From: Deinococcus radiodurans R1 = ATCC 13939 = DSM 20539
GTDB lineage: Bacteria > Deinococcota > Deinococci > Deinococcales > Deinococcaceae
DNA length: 25,335 bases
Direction: 5' to 3'
Assembly: GCF_000008565.1 (NCBI RefSeq)
Contig: NC_001263.1
Coordinates: 997,564 to 1,022,898, forward strand
The stretch's first letter is position 1. Each line of letters begins with the position of its first letter. This document shows, piece by piece, positions 10,591 through 17,923 of the stretch. The position numbers and the translations under genes were made by a program. The notes below the pieces were generated by a model. The model made no database searches. It saw nothing but the letters and a program-made list of their open reading frames with translations, and was not told the DNA's origin.

Positions 10591-10668
10591 CAGACCAGCC
10601 TTTAACAACTCCATTCCTTCGACTCCTCTAAAGAAGTTAAGGAGCTTTTCTCGACGCCCCAATCCTTT

Positions 10669-11823
10669 CTACCTCAACACCTCCCAAGCCGCCTGTACCC
10701 CTGCGCCGCGCTCGAACTGAACACCCAGGCTGGCGAAGCAGTCTTCGAGCATCCCAGCGATGCCCAGGGTGTCGTAGCGGTCGGCGTAGCCCATTGTCGA
10801 GACGCGGAACACCGTGTCCTCGTGCGGGGCCTGACCGGGGAGCGCGCGCTGGCCCATCTCGGCGAGGCGGGCGGCCACCTGCTTGCCGCCGATCCCCTCG
10901 GGCGGACGTAGCACGGCGACAGCGGCGCTCGGGCGAGCGGCCCAGGCGGGCGCACCGAGCGCGGTGCCGGCGGCGATCAGGGCGTCGGTCTTGCGGCGTT
11001 GCTCGGCCCACAGGACTTCCAGCGGCACGCGCAGCAAGTGGTCGAGCGCCACCGAGAGCGCGTAGATCAGGTTGATGGCGGGCGTCTGCGGCGTGCTGCC
11101 TGCCTTTTGTCCGGCGAGTTCACGGGTCATGTCGAGGTAAAAGCCGTGTGGCGTGTTCTTGATCATGCGGCCTTGAACTTCAGGCGAGAACAGCACGAAG
11201 CCCAGGCCGGGCGGGGTCGCGGTGCCCTTCTGGCTGCCCGAGACGACCACGTCCACGCCCCAGGCGGCGGGGCGCAGCTCGGCGTTGCCGTAGGACGTGA
11301 TGCAGTCGGCAATGATGATGAGGTCGGGATTCTGCGCTTTGGCGGCCCCGGCAATCGCTTCCAGGTCATGCAGCGCCCCGGTGCTCGTCTCGCTGTGGGT
11401 GATGGTGAGGGTGTGGGCGCCCCGGCAGGCGTCGGCCACTTCGTCGGGGTCGAGCATTTCGCCCCAGGGCTTGGCGACGATCTGGGTGTCGTAGCTGAAG
11501 CGCTTCGCCATGTCGCCCCAGCGCTCGCTGAACTTGCCCGCCTGCGCGTTGACCACCTTGGCGCCCGTCGGGGTGGTGCTGACGAGTGCGCCTTCGAAGG
11601 CGCCGGTGCCGCTGCTGGTCGTAATCACCGCGTCGTAAGGGTCGCCGAGCAGCCGGGTCAGCTTCTCGCGGGCTTCCATCAGTTTGGCGACGCCCTGGGG
11701 AGCGCGGTGGTGCATCTGCGGCTGCGCCAGCGCGAGCAGCACGTCCGGCGCGACTTCCACCGGGCCGGGCGCGATCAGGCGTTCGCGGTTGAGGGGCAGG
11801 TGGGCGGGCAGCGGGTCACTCAT
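10669..11823 (-). CDS. Class-V (AGXT/SGAT-like) pyridoxal-phosphate aminotransferase
   Basis: 384 aa from ATG 11821-11823 ([24 protein letters not shown]...). It has [13 protein letters not shown] and the PLP-lysine motif [18 protein letters not shown]. The tracked 830-aa ORF is an artefactual N-terminal extension antisense to the next gene. TACAGT lies 7 nt upstream of the ATG. Confidence 0.85.
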   Translation of the reverse strand: MSDPLPAHLPLNRERLIAPGPVEVAPDVLLALAQPQMHHRAPQGVAKLMEAREKLTRLLGDPYDAVITTSSGTGAFEGALVSTTPTGAKVVNAQAGKFSERWGDMAKRFSYDTQIVAKPWGEMLDPDEVADACRGAHTLTITHSETSTGALHDLEAIAGAAKAQNPDLIIIADCITSYGNAELRPAAWGVDVVVSGSQKGTATPPGLGFVLFSPEVQGRMIKNTPHGFYLDMTRELAGQKAGSTPQTPAINLIYALSVALDHLLRVPLEVLWAEQRRKTDALIAAGTALGAPAWAARPSAAVAVLRPPEGIGGKQVAARLAEMGQRALPGQAPHEDTVFRVSTMGYADRYDTLGIAGMLEDCFASLGVQFERGAGVQAAWEVLR

Positions 11824-11919
11824 GACTCCGACTGTACCGGTCACCCCGGCGGGTGGACGAAATCCGTCTAAGTTGGGACAGGCGGCGGGCGCCGCGTCAC
11901 CCTTGTCCTTCTCAGCGCT

Positions 11920-11925
11920 TACCCT
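11920..11925 (+). promoter_or_regulatory. -10 box (TACCCT) 6 nt upstream of the oxidoreductase ATG; candidate leaderless promoter
   Basis: TACCCT-gcctcc-ATG(11932). Confidence 0.45.
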
Positions 11926-11931
11926 GCCTCC

Positions 11932-13281
11932 ATGCGAATCGTGATCGTGGGGGGCGTGGCCGCCGGAATGAGCGCGGCGAGCCGGGCCAAGCGTTTTGAC
12001 CCGGACGCCGAGGTCGTGGTCTTTGAGCGCGGAGACTTCATCAGTTACGGCGCCTGCGGCCTGCCCTACGTGCTGGGCGGCGCGGTGGGCGAGTGGGACG
12101 ACCTGATTGCCCGCACGCCCGCGCAGATGCGTGGCCGGGGCATCGGGGTGCAGCTGGGGCATGAGGTGACGGGCGTGGATGCCGAGGCACGCACTGTCAC
12201 GGTTCTGGACCGCGCGGCGGGGCGCGTCGCCACCGAGCCGTACGACCGCCTTTTGGTCGCCACCGGGGTCAGTGCGGTTCGGCCAGATTGGGCGCAGACC
12301 GACCTCGCGGGTGTCCACGTGCTGCGCGAGATTCCCGACGGACAGGCCATCGCAGACAGTTTGAAAGGAGCCGGGCGCGTCTGCATCGTCGGCGGCGGGT
12401 ACATCGGCCTCGAACTGGCGGAAAACATGTGCCGCCAGGGCCTGAGCGTGGTGCTGCTGGAGCGAAATCCGGACGTGGGGGGCCGGGTGCTGGACCCCGA
12501 GTACCGCCCCCGCCTTCTCGACGAACTCGGGCGGCACGGGGTGGACGTGCGCTGCGGGACCACCGTGGAGGGCCTGATCGGCAAGGCGGGCCGCGTGACC
12601 GGTGTGCAGACGGACGGCGGGCTGGTCCGCGCCGACGTGGTGGTGGTCGCGGTGGGGGTCAAACCCAACGTGGACCTGCTGCGGGCGGCGGGGGCCCGCC
12701 TCGGCAAGACCGGCGCGGCGGCGGTGGACGTGCGGCAGCAGACAAACGTGGACGGCGTCTACGCGGCGGGCGACAACTGCGAGAGCCTGCACCGGGTCAC
12801 GCGGCGCCGGGTCCACATTCCGCTCGGCCTGACTGCCAATCGCATGGGCCGCATCGCCGGCATCAACATGGCGGGCGGCGACGCCAAGTTTCCCGGTGTG
12901 GTGGGCACCAGCATCTTCAAGGTCTTCGGCCTCGGCGTAGCGCGCACCGGGCTGACCCAGGGCGAAGCCGCTGCGCTGGGCCTGAACGCCGTCAGCGTGG
13001 ACGTGACCAGCACCGACCACGCGGGCTACTACGCCGACGCCCGGCCCATTCACGTCCGGCTGACCGGCGAGCGCGGGACCGGGCGGCTGCTGGGCGGGCA
13101 ACTGGTCGCCGAGAATCCCCTCAGTGTCAAACGGGTGGACGTGATCGCCGCGCACCTGCACAGTCGCGGCAAGGTGGAAGACCTCTTTCAGATGGACCTC
13201 GCCTATGCCCCTCCCTTTTCCGGCGTCTGGGATGTACTACTGGTGGCCGCCGACCGCCTGAACCGGGCGCTGCGGGCGTAG
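11932..13281 (+). CDS. CoA-disulfide reductase / NADH oxidase family FAD-dependent pyridine nucleotide-disulfide oxidoreductase
   Basis: N-terminal FAD fold [17 protein letters not shown]. Single redox-cysteine motif [10 protein letters not shown], as in the Cdr/Nox/Npx family. NAD(P) fold [15 protein letters not shown], and VYAAGDN. Confidence 0.85.
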   Translation: MRIVIVGGVAAGMSAASRAKRFDPDAEVVVFERGDFISYGACGLPYVLGGAVGEWDDLIARTPAQMRGRGIGVQLGHEVTGVDAEARTVTVLDRAAGRVATEPYDRLLVATGVSAVRPDWAQTDLAGVHVLREIPDGQAIADSLKGAGRVCIVGGGYIGLELAENMCRQGLSVVLLERNPDVGGRVLDPEYRPRLLDELGRHGVDVRCGTTVEGLIGKAGRVTGVQTDGGLVRADVVVVAVGVKPNVDLLRAAGARLGKTGAAAVDVRQQTNVDGVYAAGDNCESLHRVTRRRVHIPLGLTANRMGRIAGINMAGGDAKFPGVVGTSIFKVFGLGVARTGLTQGEAAALGLNAVSVDVTSTDHAGYYADARPIHVRLTGERGTGRLLGGQLVAENPLSVKRVDVIAAHLHSRGKVEDLFQMDLAYAPPFSGVWDVLLVAADRLNRALRA

Positions 13282-13290
13282 GGCGACACA

Positions 13291-13339
13291 GAAAACTGAA
13301 AAAAGAGAACCGGGCGACTCTCTGGGAGCAGCCCGGTTC
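13291..13339 (-). terminator. Rho-independent terminator at the convergent junction (clearest for the minus-strand Roadblock operon)
   Basis: Perfect 9-bp stem GAACCGGGC / GCCCGGTTC (13307-13339) with a 15-nt loop. On the minus strand it is followed by CTCTTTTTTCAGTTTTC. Confidence 0.65.
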
Positions 13340-13362
13340 CGCTTGTCAATACAGCCTGTCGC

Positions 13363-13713
13363 TTACTCGCCCGCCGCCTGAGCCAGTACCCGGCGCACGC
13401 CCAGGCGCACGCGGCCCAGGCTCGGCACCTCGTCGAACCGGACAAGGAGCATGCCTTCGCCGCACGGCGTGAGCAGCAGGGGACCGCTGTCGAGGTCAAG
13501 CAGCAGGTCGTGCCAGGTCGGGCTGTCGGTGGCGGCTTGTAGGCTTTGCAGCACCGCCCGCGCCGCCGCGACGATGGTGGGGTCGGTCGCGCCGCTGCCG
13601 ACCATGTTGAGAATCTGGCCGTTGCCGTCCACCACGCCCGCCCGCTGCACGCCGCGCACGTCCAGCAGAGGGGCGAGGTTCAGGCCGGCGGGGTCGAGGG
13701 CCGGAGCGCTCAC
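13363..13713 (-). CDS. Roadblock/LC7 (MglB-like) domain protein, third of three
   Basis: 116 aa. Contains VRGVQRAGVVDGNGQIL and the C-terminal MLLVRFDEVPSLGRVRLGVRRVL pattern, as in MglB-type Roadblock proteins. The GTG start overlaps the upstream stop (GTGA at 13710-13713). Confidence 0.7.
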   Translation of the reverse strand: MSAPALDPAGLNLAPLLDVRGVQRAGVVDGNGQILNMVGSGATDPTIVAAARAVLQSLQAATDSPTWHDLLLDLDSGPLLLTPCGEGMLLVRFDEVPSLGRVRLGVRRVLAQAAGE

Positions 13714-14048
13714 AGGCCCTCGGTGGCCGGCAGGTCGAAGACTTCCAGGGCCAGCTTGGCGAGGGCCTGCTGCATCGGGCGGGTATCCAGCCCACGGGCC
13801 ACAGCGGCGCCGAGCACATAGTCACCACTCGCCAGCGCCACGACTTCCAGTTTCTCGCTGGTGAAGGCGATGCGGGTTACGCGTCCGGCTTGCAACCGCT
13901 CCGTCGTGCGGTCGATCCAGTGACGCAGCTCGGCGAGTTCGGCGGCCAGCACGTCGCCGTCGCCCACCATTTCCAGCGGCAGGCCGTCGGGGCCGACCAG
14001 TACCCCGGCCACGATGCCGGGTTGGGTTCGCAACACGCCCAGCTTCAC
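13710..14048 (-). CDS. Roadblock/LC7 (MglB-like) domain protein, second of three
   Basis: 112 aa. Contains QPGIVAGVLVGPDGLPLE, then ...RIAFTSEKLEVVALASGDYVLGAAVARGLDTRPMQQAL. The GTG start overlaps the upstream stop (GTGA at 14045-14048). Confidence 0.7.
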   Translation of the reverse strand: MKLGVLRTQPGIVAGVLVGPDGLPLEMVGDGDVLAAELAELRHWIDRTTERLQAGRVTRIAFTSEKLEVVALASGDYVLGAAVARGLDTRPMQQALAKLALEVFDLPATEGL

Positions 14049-14392
14049 AGTTGTGCCTCCAGTTGCCGGGCCGCCGCGTGGCCGTAAAGCCGCGCCTGCC
14101 CCAGGTTGCTGCGCTCGTCGAGGGCGAGCAGCAAAAAGAATTCGGGATTGATCGGCAGCAGATACACGCTCACGCTCTCGCCGCGCAGGTACAGCTCGCG
14201 GGTATGGCCCCCGCCCAGGGTGTCATAGGCGGCGTTGCCCGCCCGCAGCAGCCCGGCGTGTTCGGCCACCAGCAGGTTCAGGTCGGCGTTGGTGGGGCAA
14301 TAGCCCTCCACCAGCAGCCCGTCGAGCCCGCCGATGGCTGCCGCCCACGCGCCGCGCACATCGGTCACAAGTTGGGTGAGTTCATACAGCAT
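14045..14392 (-). CDS. Roadblock/LC7 (MglB-like) domain protein, first of three
   Basis: 115 aa. Contains VRGAWAAAIGGLDGLLVE ... LVAEHAGLLRAGNAAYDTLG ... ELYLRGESVSVYLLPINPEFFLLLALDERSNLGQARLYGHAAARQLE. This parallels my recollection of Thermus MglB (LLVLVFDETAPLGKVKLHGKRASEAL). ATG at 14390-14392, with TATGAT 9 nt upstream. Confidence 0.75.
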   Translation of the reverse strand: MLYELTQLVTDVRGAWAAAIGGLDGLLVEGYCPTNADLNLLVAEHAGLLRAGNAAYDTLGGGHTRELYLRGESVSVYLLPINPEFFLLLALDERSNLGQARLYGHAAARQLEAQL

Positions 14393-14650
14393 CTGCCCGG
14401 CATCATACGGCCCCCCGCGTCACACCACTCTGACTCGCCGAGAGAAGTCGAAAAGAGGAAAATGCCTGCTTTTGTAGACAACTCGGGAGGTCAGTTTCGA
14501 TGCTCATCAGGCTCTCAATTATTCGCGGGTCATTTGACACTGTGTCGGTCGATAGGGCCAGAAGTTCAAGGAGAAAAACATTGTTCAGAACATCATTTCT
14601 GGGCTTCCAGCCCTGCTTTGACTCCGGTGAAACCCTCCAAATCAGCCTGC

Positions 14651-14667
14651 GGTGACATTTCGTCACC
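14651..14667. promoter_or_regulatory. Perfect 17-bp palindrome GGTGAC-ATTTC-GTCACC; candidate operator in the divergent Roadblock/CRP control region
   Basis: Read directly from the sequence: 6-bp arms with a 5-bp spacer. It lies ~35 bp upstream of the -35 of the predicted CRP-gene promoter. Confidence 0.4.
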
Positions 14668-14702
14668 TCGTAACCTAAATCATGATTAAAGAAACAAAAC
14701 TA

Positions 14703-14731
14703 TTTACAAAATTGTGACCTCGGCCTATACT
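14703..14731 (+). promoter_or_regulatory. Sigma-70-type promoter of the CRP-family gene (-35 TTTACA, 17-bp spacer, -10 TATACT)
   Basis: TTTACA (14703-14708), a 17-nt spacer, then TATACT (14726-14731). It predicts a ~65-nt leader with a GGCGGAC/GTCCGCC hairpin (14744-14767) and a TAGGAGG SD (14789-14795) before ATG 14804. Confidence 0.6.
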
Positions 14732-14803
14732 TTCTGACATCAAGGCGGACAGATTCGCGCGTCCGCCTCCCCTTCACCTTTTCCGCCTTAGGAGGCGTTT
14801 TCC

Positions 14804-15416
14804 ATGACCCAGACCCAGACTGCTGCCCGCACCTTCGTGGACACCGTGACCTACCGCCCCGGCGCCGTCATCCTTTACCCCGGCAAGAGCGACATGCTCT
14901 ACCGCGTCTCCAGCGGCCTCGTGCGCGTGCACACCATGGACGACGACGGCAACGGGCTGACCCTGCGCTATGTCAAGCCCGGCGAATACTTCGGCGAAGA
15001 AGCCCTGGCCGGCGTGAACCGCGCCTACTTTGCCGAAGCTGTGACCGACAGCGCCATTGACGTGATCAACCCCGCCCTGATGAGCGCTGAAGACAACCTG
15101 GTGGTGACCACCCACCTCGTGCGGACCCTCGAACGCGCTTACGAAAGCATCTACCGCCTCGTCGGCAAGCGCCTGCGTGCCCGCATTGCCGGGGAGCTGC
15201 TCGAACTCAAGGACACCGCCCTCGCCACGCAGCTCGACAGCGGTGAAACGATGATCTACGCCACCCACGACGAACTCGCCGCCGCCGTCGGCAGCGTGCG
15301 CGAAACCGTGACCAAGGTGGTCGGTGAACTCAGCCGCGAAGGCGTGCATCAGCGCCGGCTACGGCAAGATCACCCTCAAGGACGAGCGCGCCCTCGCCAC
15401 CATCGCGGCGGCCTAA
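14804..15416 (+). CDS. CRP/FNR-family transcriptional regulator (cNMP-binding domain plus C-terminal HTH); the C-terminus is frameshifted by one extra base near 15347 as sequenced
   Basis: cNMP-binding fold: GAVILYPGKSDMLYRVSSGLVRVHTMDDDGNGLTLRYVKPGEYFGEEAL. HTH: ATHDELAAAVGSVRETVTKVVGELSREGV. Skipping base 15347 continues ISAGYGKITLKDERALATIAAA, with a stop at 15414-15416. An intrinsic terminator follows at 15441-15466. 613 nt minus 1 nt gives 204 codons. It may correspond to the Deinococcus CRP homolog DdrI; that is recognition only, not verified. Confidence 0.8.
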
Positions 15417-15440
15417 AGCTCAGCACTTTGCCCCTCACAG

Positions 15441-15466
15441 CCCCCACCCCAGCGGTGGGGGTTTTT
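15441..15466 (+). terminator. Rho-independent terminator of the CRP-family gene
   Basis: CCCCCACC-CCAGC-GGTGGGGG followed by TTTTT. It lies inside the artefactually extended 260-aa ORF. Confidence 0.8.
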
Positions 15467-15593
15467 GCTGCCCGGACAGAGCTTCCCGTGCCGGGCTTCT
15501 CTTGCCTGGGCACCCTCTTTTTTGGCGACGGCGCGGCGCTCTGTGAGTTTCGTCGTTGCCAGAACGCCGATTTGTGGTCAAGATGACGCCTAT

Positions 15594-16646
15594 ATGAACG
15601 ACGCCCTGCTGCGTGCCCTGAGCACTGTGAACGACCCCGAACTGCACCGTGATCTGGTGTCGCTGGGCATGATCGAACGGGCCGAGCTGAGCGGCGACGT
15701 GGCTCAGGTCAAGGTCAACCTGACCACCCCCGCCTGCCCGCTCAAGGGCCAGATCGAACTCGACGTGCGCTCGGCGCTGCTGCAAGTGCCCGGCGTGCGG
15801 GACGTGCAGATCGAGTTCGGGGCGATGGTCCGGGCCGCCACGCAGCCCGCGCTGCCGGGGGTCAAGCACGTCGTGCTGGTCGGCAGCGGCAAGGGCGGCG
15901 TGGGCAAAAGCAGCGTGGCCGTCAACCTCGCCGCCTCGCTCGCGCGGGACGGGGCGCGGGTGGGCCTGCTCGACGCCGACGTGTACGGTCCCTCGGTGGC
16001 GCACATGCTGGGGCAGGGGCAGGCCCGCGTGACCGCCAACGAGGACCGCAAGATGCGGCCTATCGAGGCCCACGGGGTACGCTTTATCAGCATGGCGAAC
16101 CTTTCGCCCGCCGGTCAGGCGCTGGTGTGGCGCGGGCCGATGCTGCACTCGGCCATTCAGCAGTTTCTGAAAGACTCGGCGTGGGGCGAACTCGACTACC
16201 TGATCGTGGACCTGCCACCGGGCACCGGCGACGTGCAGCTTTCGCTGACGCAGACGGTGCAGGTGACCGGCGCCGTCATCGTGACCACCCCGCAGGACGT
16301 GGCCCTGATCGACGCGGCGCGGGCCATCGACATGTTCCGCAAGGCGAGCGTGCCGGTGCTGGGCGTGGTCGAGAACATGAGCTATTTCGTGGCCCCCGAC
16401 ACCGGCCTGACCTACGACATCTTCGGGCGCGGGGGCAGCCGCAAGCTGGGCGAGCAGTACCCGCTGCTGGGCGAGATTCCGCTCGACGTGGAGGTGCGCA
16501 AAGACGCCGACGCGGGCGCCCCGGCGATTCTGGCGCACCCCGAGAGCGTGGCGGCGCAGGCGTTGCGGGCGGTGGCGCGGACGCTGGCGGGGCAGATCAG
16601 CGTGCGGACCCTCTCCGAGCTGCCGGAGCAGCTGCCCGTCCTGTGA
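15594..16646 (+). CDS. mrp: Mrp/ApbC/NBP35-family Fe-S cluster carrier ATPase with N-terminal DUF59 (MIP18-like) domain
   Basis: DUF59 part: LSTVNDPELHRDLVSLGMI...VNLTTPACPLK. Deviant Walker A: VGSGKGGVGKSSVAVNLA. Also LLDADVYGPS and DYLIVDLPPGTGD. Start taken at ATG 15594. Confidence 0.9.
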   Translation: MNDALLRALSTVNDPELHRDLVSLGMIERAELSGDVAQVKVNLTTPACPLKGQIELDVRSALLQVPGVRDVQIEFGAMVRAATQPALPGVKHVVLVGSGKGGVGKSSVAVNLAASLARDGARVGLLDADVYGPSVAHMLGQGQARVTANEDRKMRPIEAHGVRFISMANLSPAGQALVWRGPMLHSAIQQFLKDSAWGELDYLIVDLPPGTGDVQLSLTQTVQVTGAVIVTTPQDVALIDAARAIDMFRKASVPVLGVVENMSYFVAPDTGLTYDIFGRGGSRKLGEQYPLLGEIPLDVEVRKDADAGAPAILAHPESVAAQALRAVARTLAGQISVRTLSELPEQLPVL

Positions 16647-17320
16647 CCCCCCGCGTGCGCGACCTGGCGCAAGCTGCTCTGGCCGAGGCCGACCTGGGCA
16701 GCCCCCCCGAGCGCACCAAGACCCGCCTGCTCGAACTGCTCAAGCGCCACGGCCCGCAGACCGCCCAGGACCTCGCCGCCCGTTTGCGGGTCACCAGTCC
16801 GGCGGCGCGGCGGCACTTGACCGACCTGCAAGCGCAGGGGCTGGTGCAGGTGCAGGTCGAGAAACCCGGCGGGCGGGGCCGGCCCCAGCACGTCTTCGGC
16901 CTGACCGAGCACGCCGAGGAGCGCACCTTTCCCAAGACCTACGCCAGCCTGTGCCTGGACGTGCTCGAATCGGTGTCGGACCTCTATGGCCGGGACGCCG
17001 TAGACGAGGTGCTGCGGGCCCGCAGCGACCGGCTCGAAGCCCTGCTGCGCGACCTCCTGCCACCCGAAATGCCGCTGGAAGAAAAGCTGCGCCGCCTGAT
17101 CGGGCCGCTGACCGAACTCGGGTTCGCGCCTCACCTAGAGCAGGAGGGCGGGCAGTGGTCTCTGGTGCAGTGCAACTGCCCTAATCTGCAGGTGGCGCGG
17201 CAGTTCAAGGTGATGTGCAGCGCCGAGATGGCCATGTACACCAAACTGCTCGGCGTTCCCGTCACCCGCGAAGAGCACATGGCCTGCGGTCAACCGAGTT
17301 GCCGCTACCGCCTGGGCTGA
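16643..17320 (+). CDS. Winged-helix (ArsR/DeoR-like) transcriptional regulator with C-terminal cysteine cluster; SufR-like candidate Fe-S sensing regulator
   Basis: The GTG start overlaps the mrp stop (GTGA at 16643-16646). wHTH: TRLLELLKRHGPQTAQDLAARLRVTSPAARRHLTDLQAQGLV. C-terminus: CNCPNLQVARQFKVMC...ACGQPSC, including a C-x12-C spacing. Confidence 0.6.
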   Translation: MTPRVRDLAQAALAEADLGSPPERTKTRLLELLKRHGPQTAQDLAARLRVTSPAARRHLTDLQAQGLVQVQVEKPGGRGRPQHVFGLTEHAEERTFPKTYASLCLDVLESVSDLYGRDAVDEVLRARSDRLEALLRDLLPPEMPLEEKLRRLIGPLTELGFAPHLEQEGGQWSLVQCNCPNLQVARQFKVMCSAEMAMYTKLLGVPVTREEHMACGQPSCRYRLG

Positions 17321-17348
17321 GCCCCGCTTGCCTTCTCACCCACTCTCC

Positions 17349-17915
17349 ATGACCCAGCCTGCCCCCCCAACCCCACACTCTGCGCCCGGCGAGGCGCCAG
17401 CGCCGCTGTACTCGGTGGTCGCGTGGCCGCCCGAGGCCCTCGACACCTGGATGCGGCGTGTGCAGGAGCGCCTGGGCGTACGCGGCTTCGGGCTGCCGCA
17501 CCTCAACCTGCGTGCGCCCTTCACCACCCCGCTGAGCAGCGCCGAGCTGATTGCCGGGTTGCGCGGCGCCTTGCAGGAGCAGCCGATGTTCGACGTGCAG
17601 GTCAAGGGCTGGAAACAGGTGCCGAGTGTGATTTTTCTGGAGTGCCACCTCAGCGCCGAGCTGCGCGACCTGCACGACCGCCTGCTCGAAGTCGGGCCGT
17701 CGAGCCGCTCCCCTTATGACGGCGCCGAGTACCGGCCCCACCTCACCCTGGCGCTTGGGGTGCTGCCCTGGGCGAGTGAAGAGCTGTGGGCACAGGTGCA
17801 GCGCCAGGCATCGCCGCTCGGACAGTTCCGGGTAGAAGCCCTCAGCCTCACCCGCGAACAGCGCGGCGAGGTGCAGGAGCTGCACACCTTTCCGCTGGGG
17901 TTGCCGGGGAAGTAG
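17349..17915 (+). CDS. 2H phosphoesterase superfamily protein (LigT / 2'-5' RNA ligase-like)
   Basis: Two H-x-(T/S)-x-type motifs at the expected spacing: PHLNLRAPF (H-L-N-L, atypical third residue) and RPHLTLALGV (H-L-T-L). The start is ATG 17349, or TTG 17328 as tracked. Confidence 0.6.
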   Translation: MTQPAPPTPHSAPGEAPAPLYSVVAWPPEALDTWMRRVQERLGVRGFGLPHLNLRAPFTTPLSSAELIAGLRGALQEQPMFDVQVKGWKQVPSVIFLECHLSAELRDLHDRLLEVGPSSRSPYDGAEYRPHLTLALGVLPWASEELWAQVQRQASPLGQFRVEALSLTREQRGEVQELHTFPLGLPGK

Positions 17916-17923
17916 GGCTGCTT

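Noticed and set aside
10213-10668. tRNA or other structured RNA gene in the long convergent gap.
   Set aside because: No cloverleaf with acceptor and T-arm (GTTCRANNC) features was found. The stems seen are explained by SNR-type repeats. A covariance-model scan would be needed to exclude small RNAs.
11824-13161. N-terminal 445 codons of the tracked 830-aa ORF 10669-13161 (-).
   Set aside because: This part is antisense to the well-supported oxidoreductase gene and has a nonsense-like composition. The aminotransferase homology begins at MSDPLP (ATG 11823), which has its own -10 box.
14651-14667. Canonical CRP box (TGTGA-N6-TCACA).
   Set aside because: The half-sites GTGA and TCAC are present but the spacing is 7 nt, not 6. 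It is therefore reported only as a generic palindrome.
14403-14689. Small ORFs inside the AT-rich region: 87 aa on the minus strand (14403-14666, GTG start) and a 76-codon + strand ORF from ATG 14462.
   Set aside because: There are no family motifs, and composition is atypical for this genome. The SD-to-ATG spacing of the + strand ORF is very short (about 2-3 nt). They are not called as CDS and are mentioned only as a possibility within the region finding.
14393-14803. Radiation/desiccation response motif (17-bp palindrome of the TTATGT...ACATAA type) upstream of the CRP-family gene or the Roadblock operon.
   Set aside because: I scanned both strands by eye and found no TTATGT/ACATAA-type half-site pair at 17-bp geometry. 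The palindromes present (GGTGAC-N5-GTCACC and GTCA-TT-TGAC) have different sequences. A matrix scan is still needed for weak sites.
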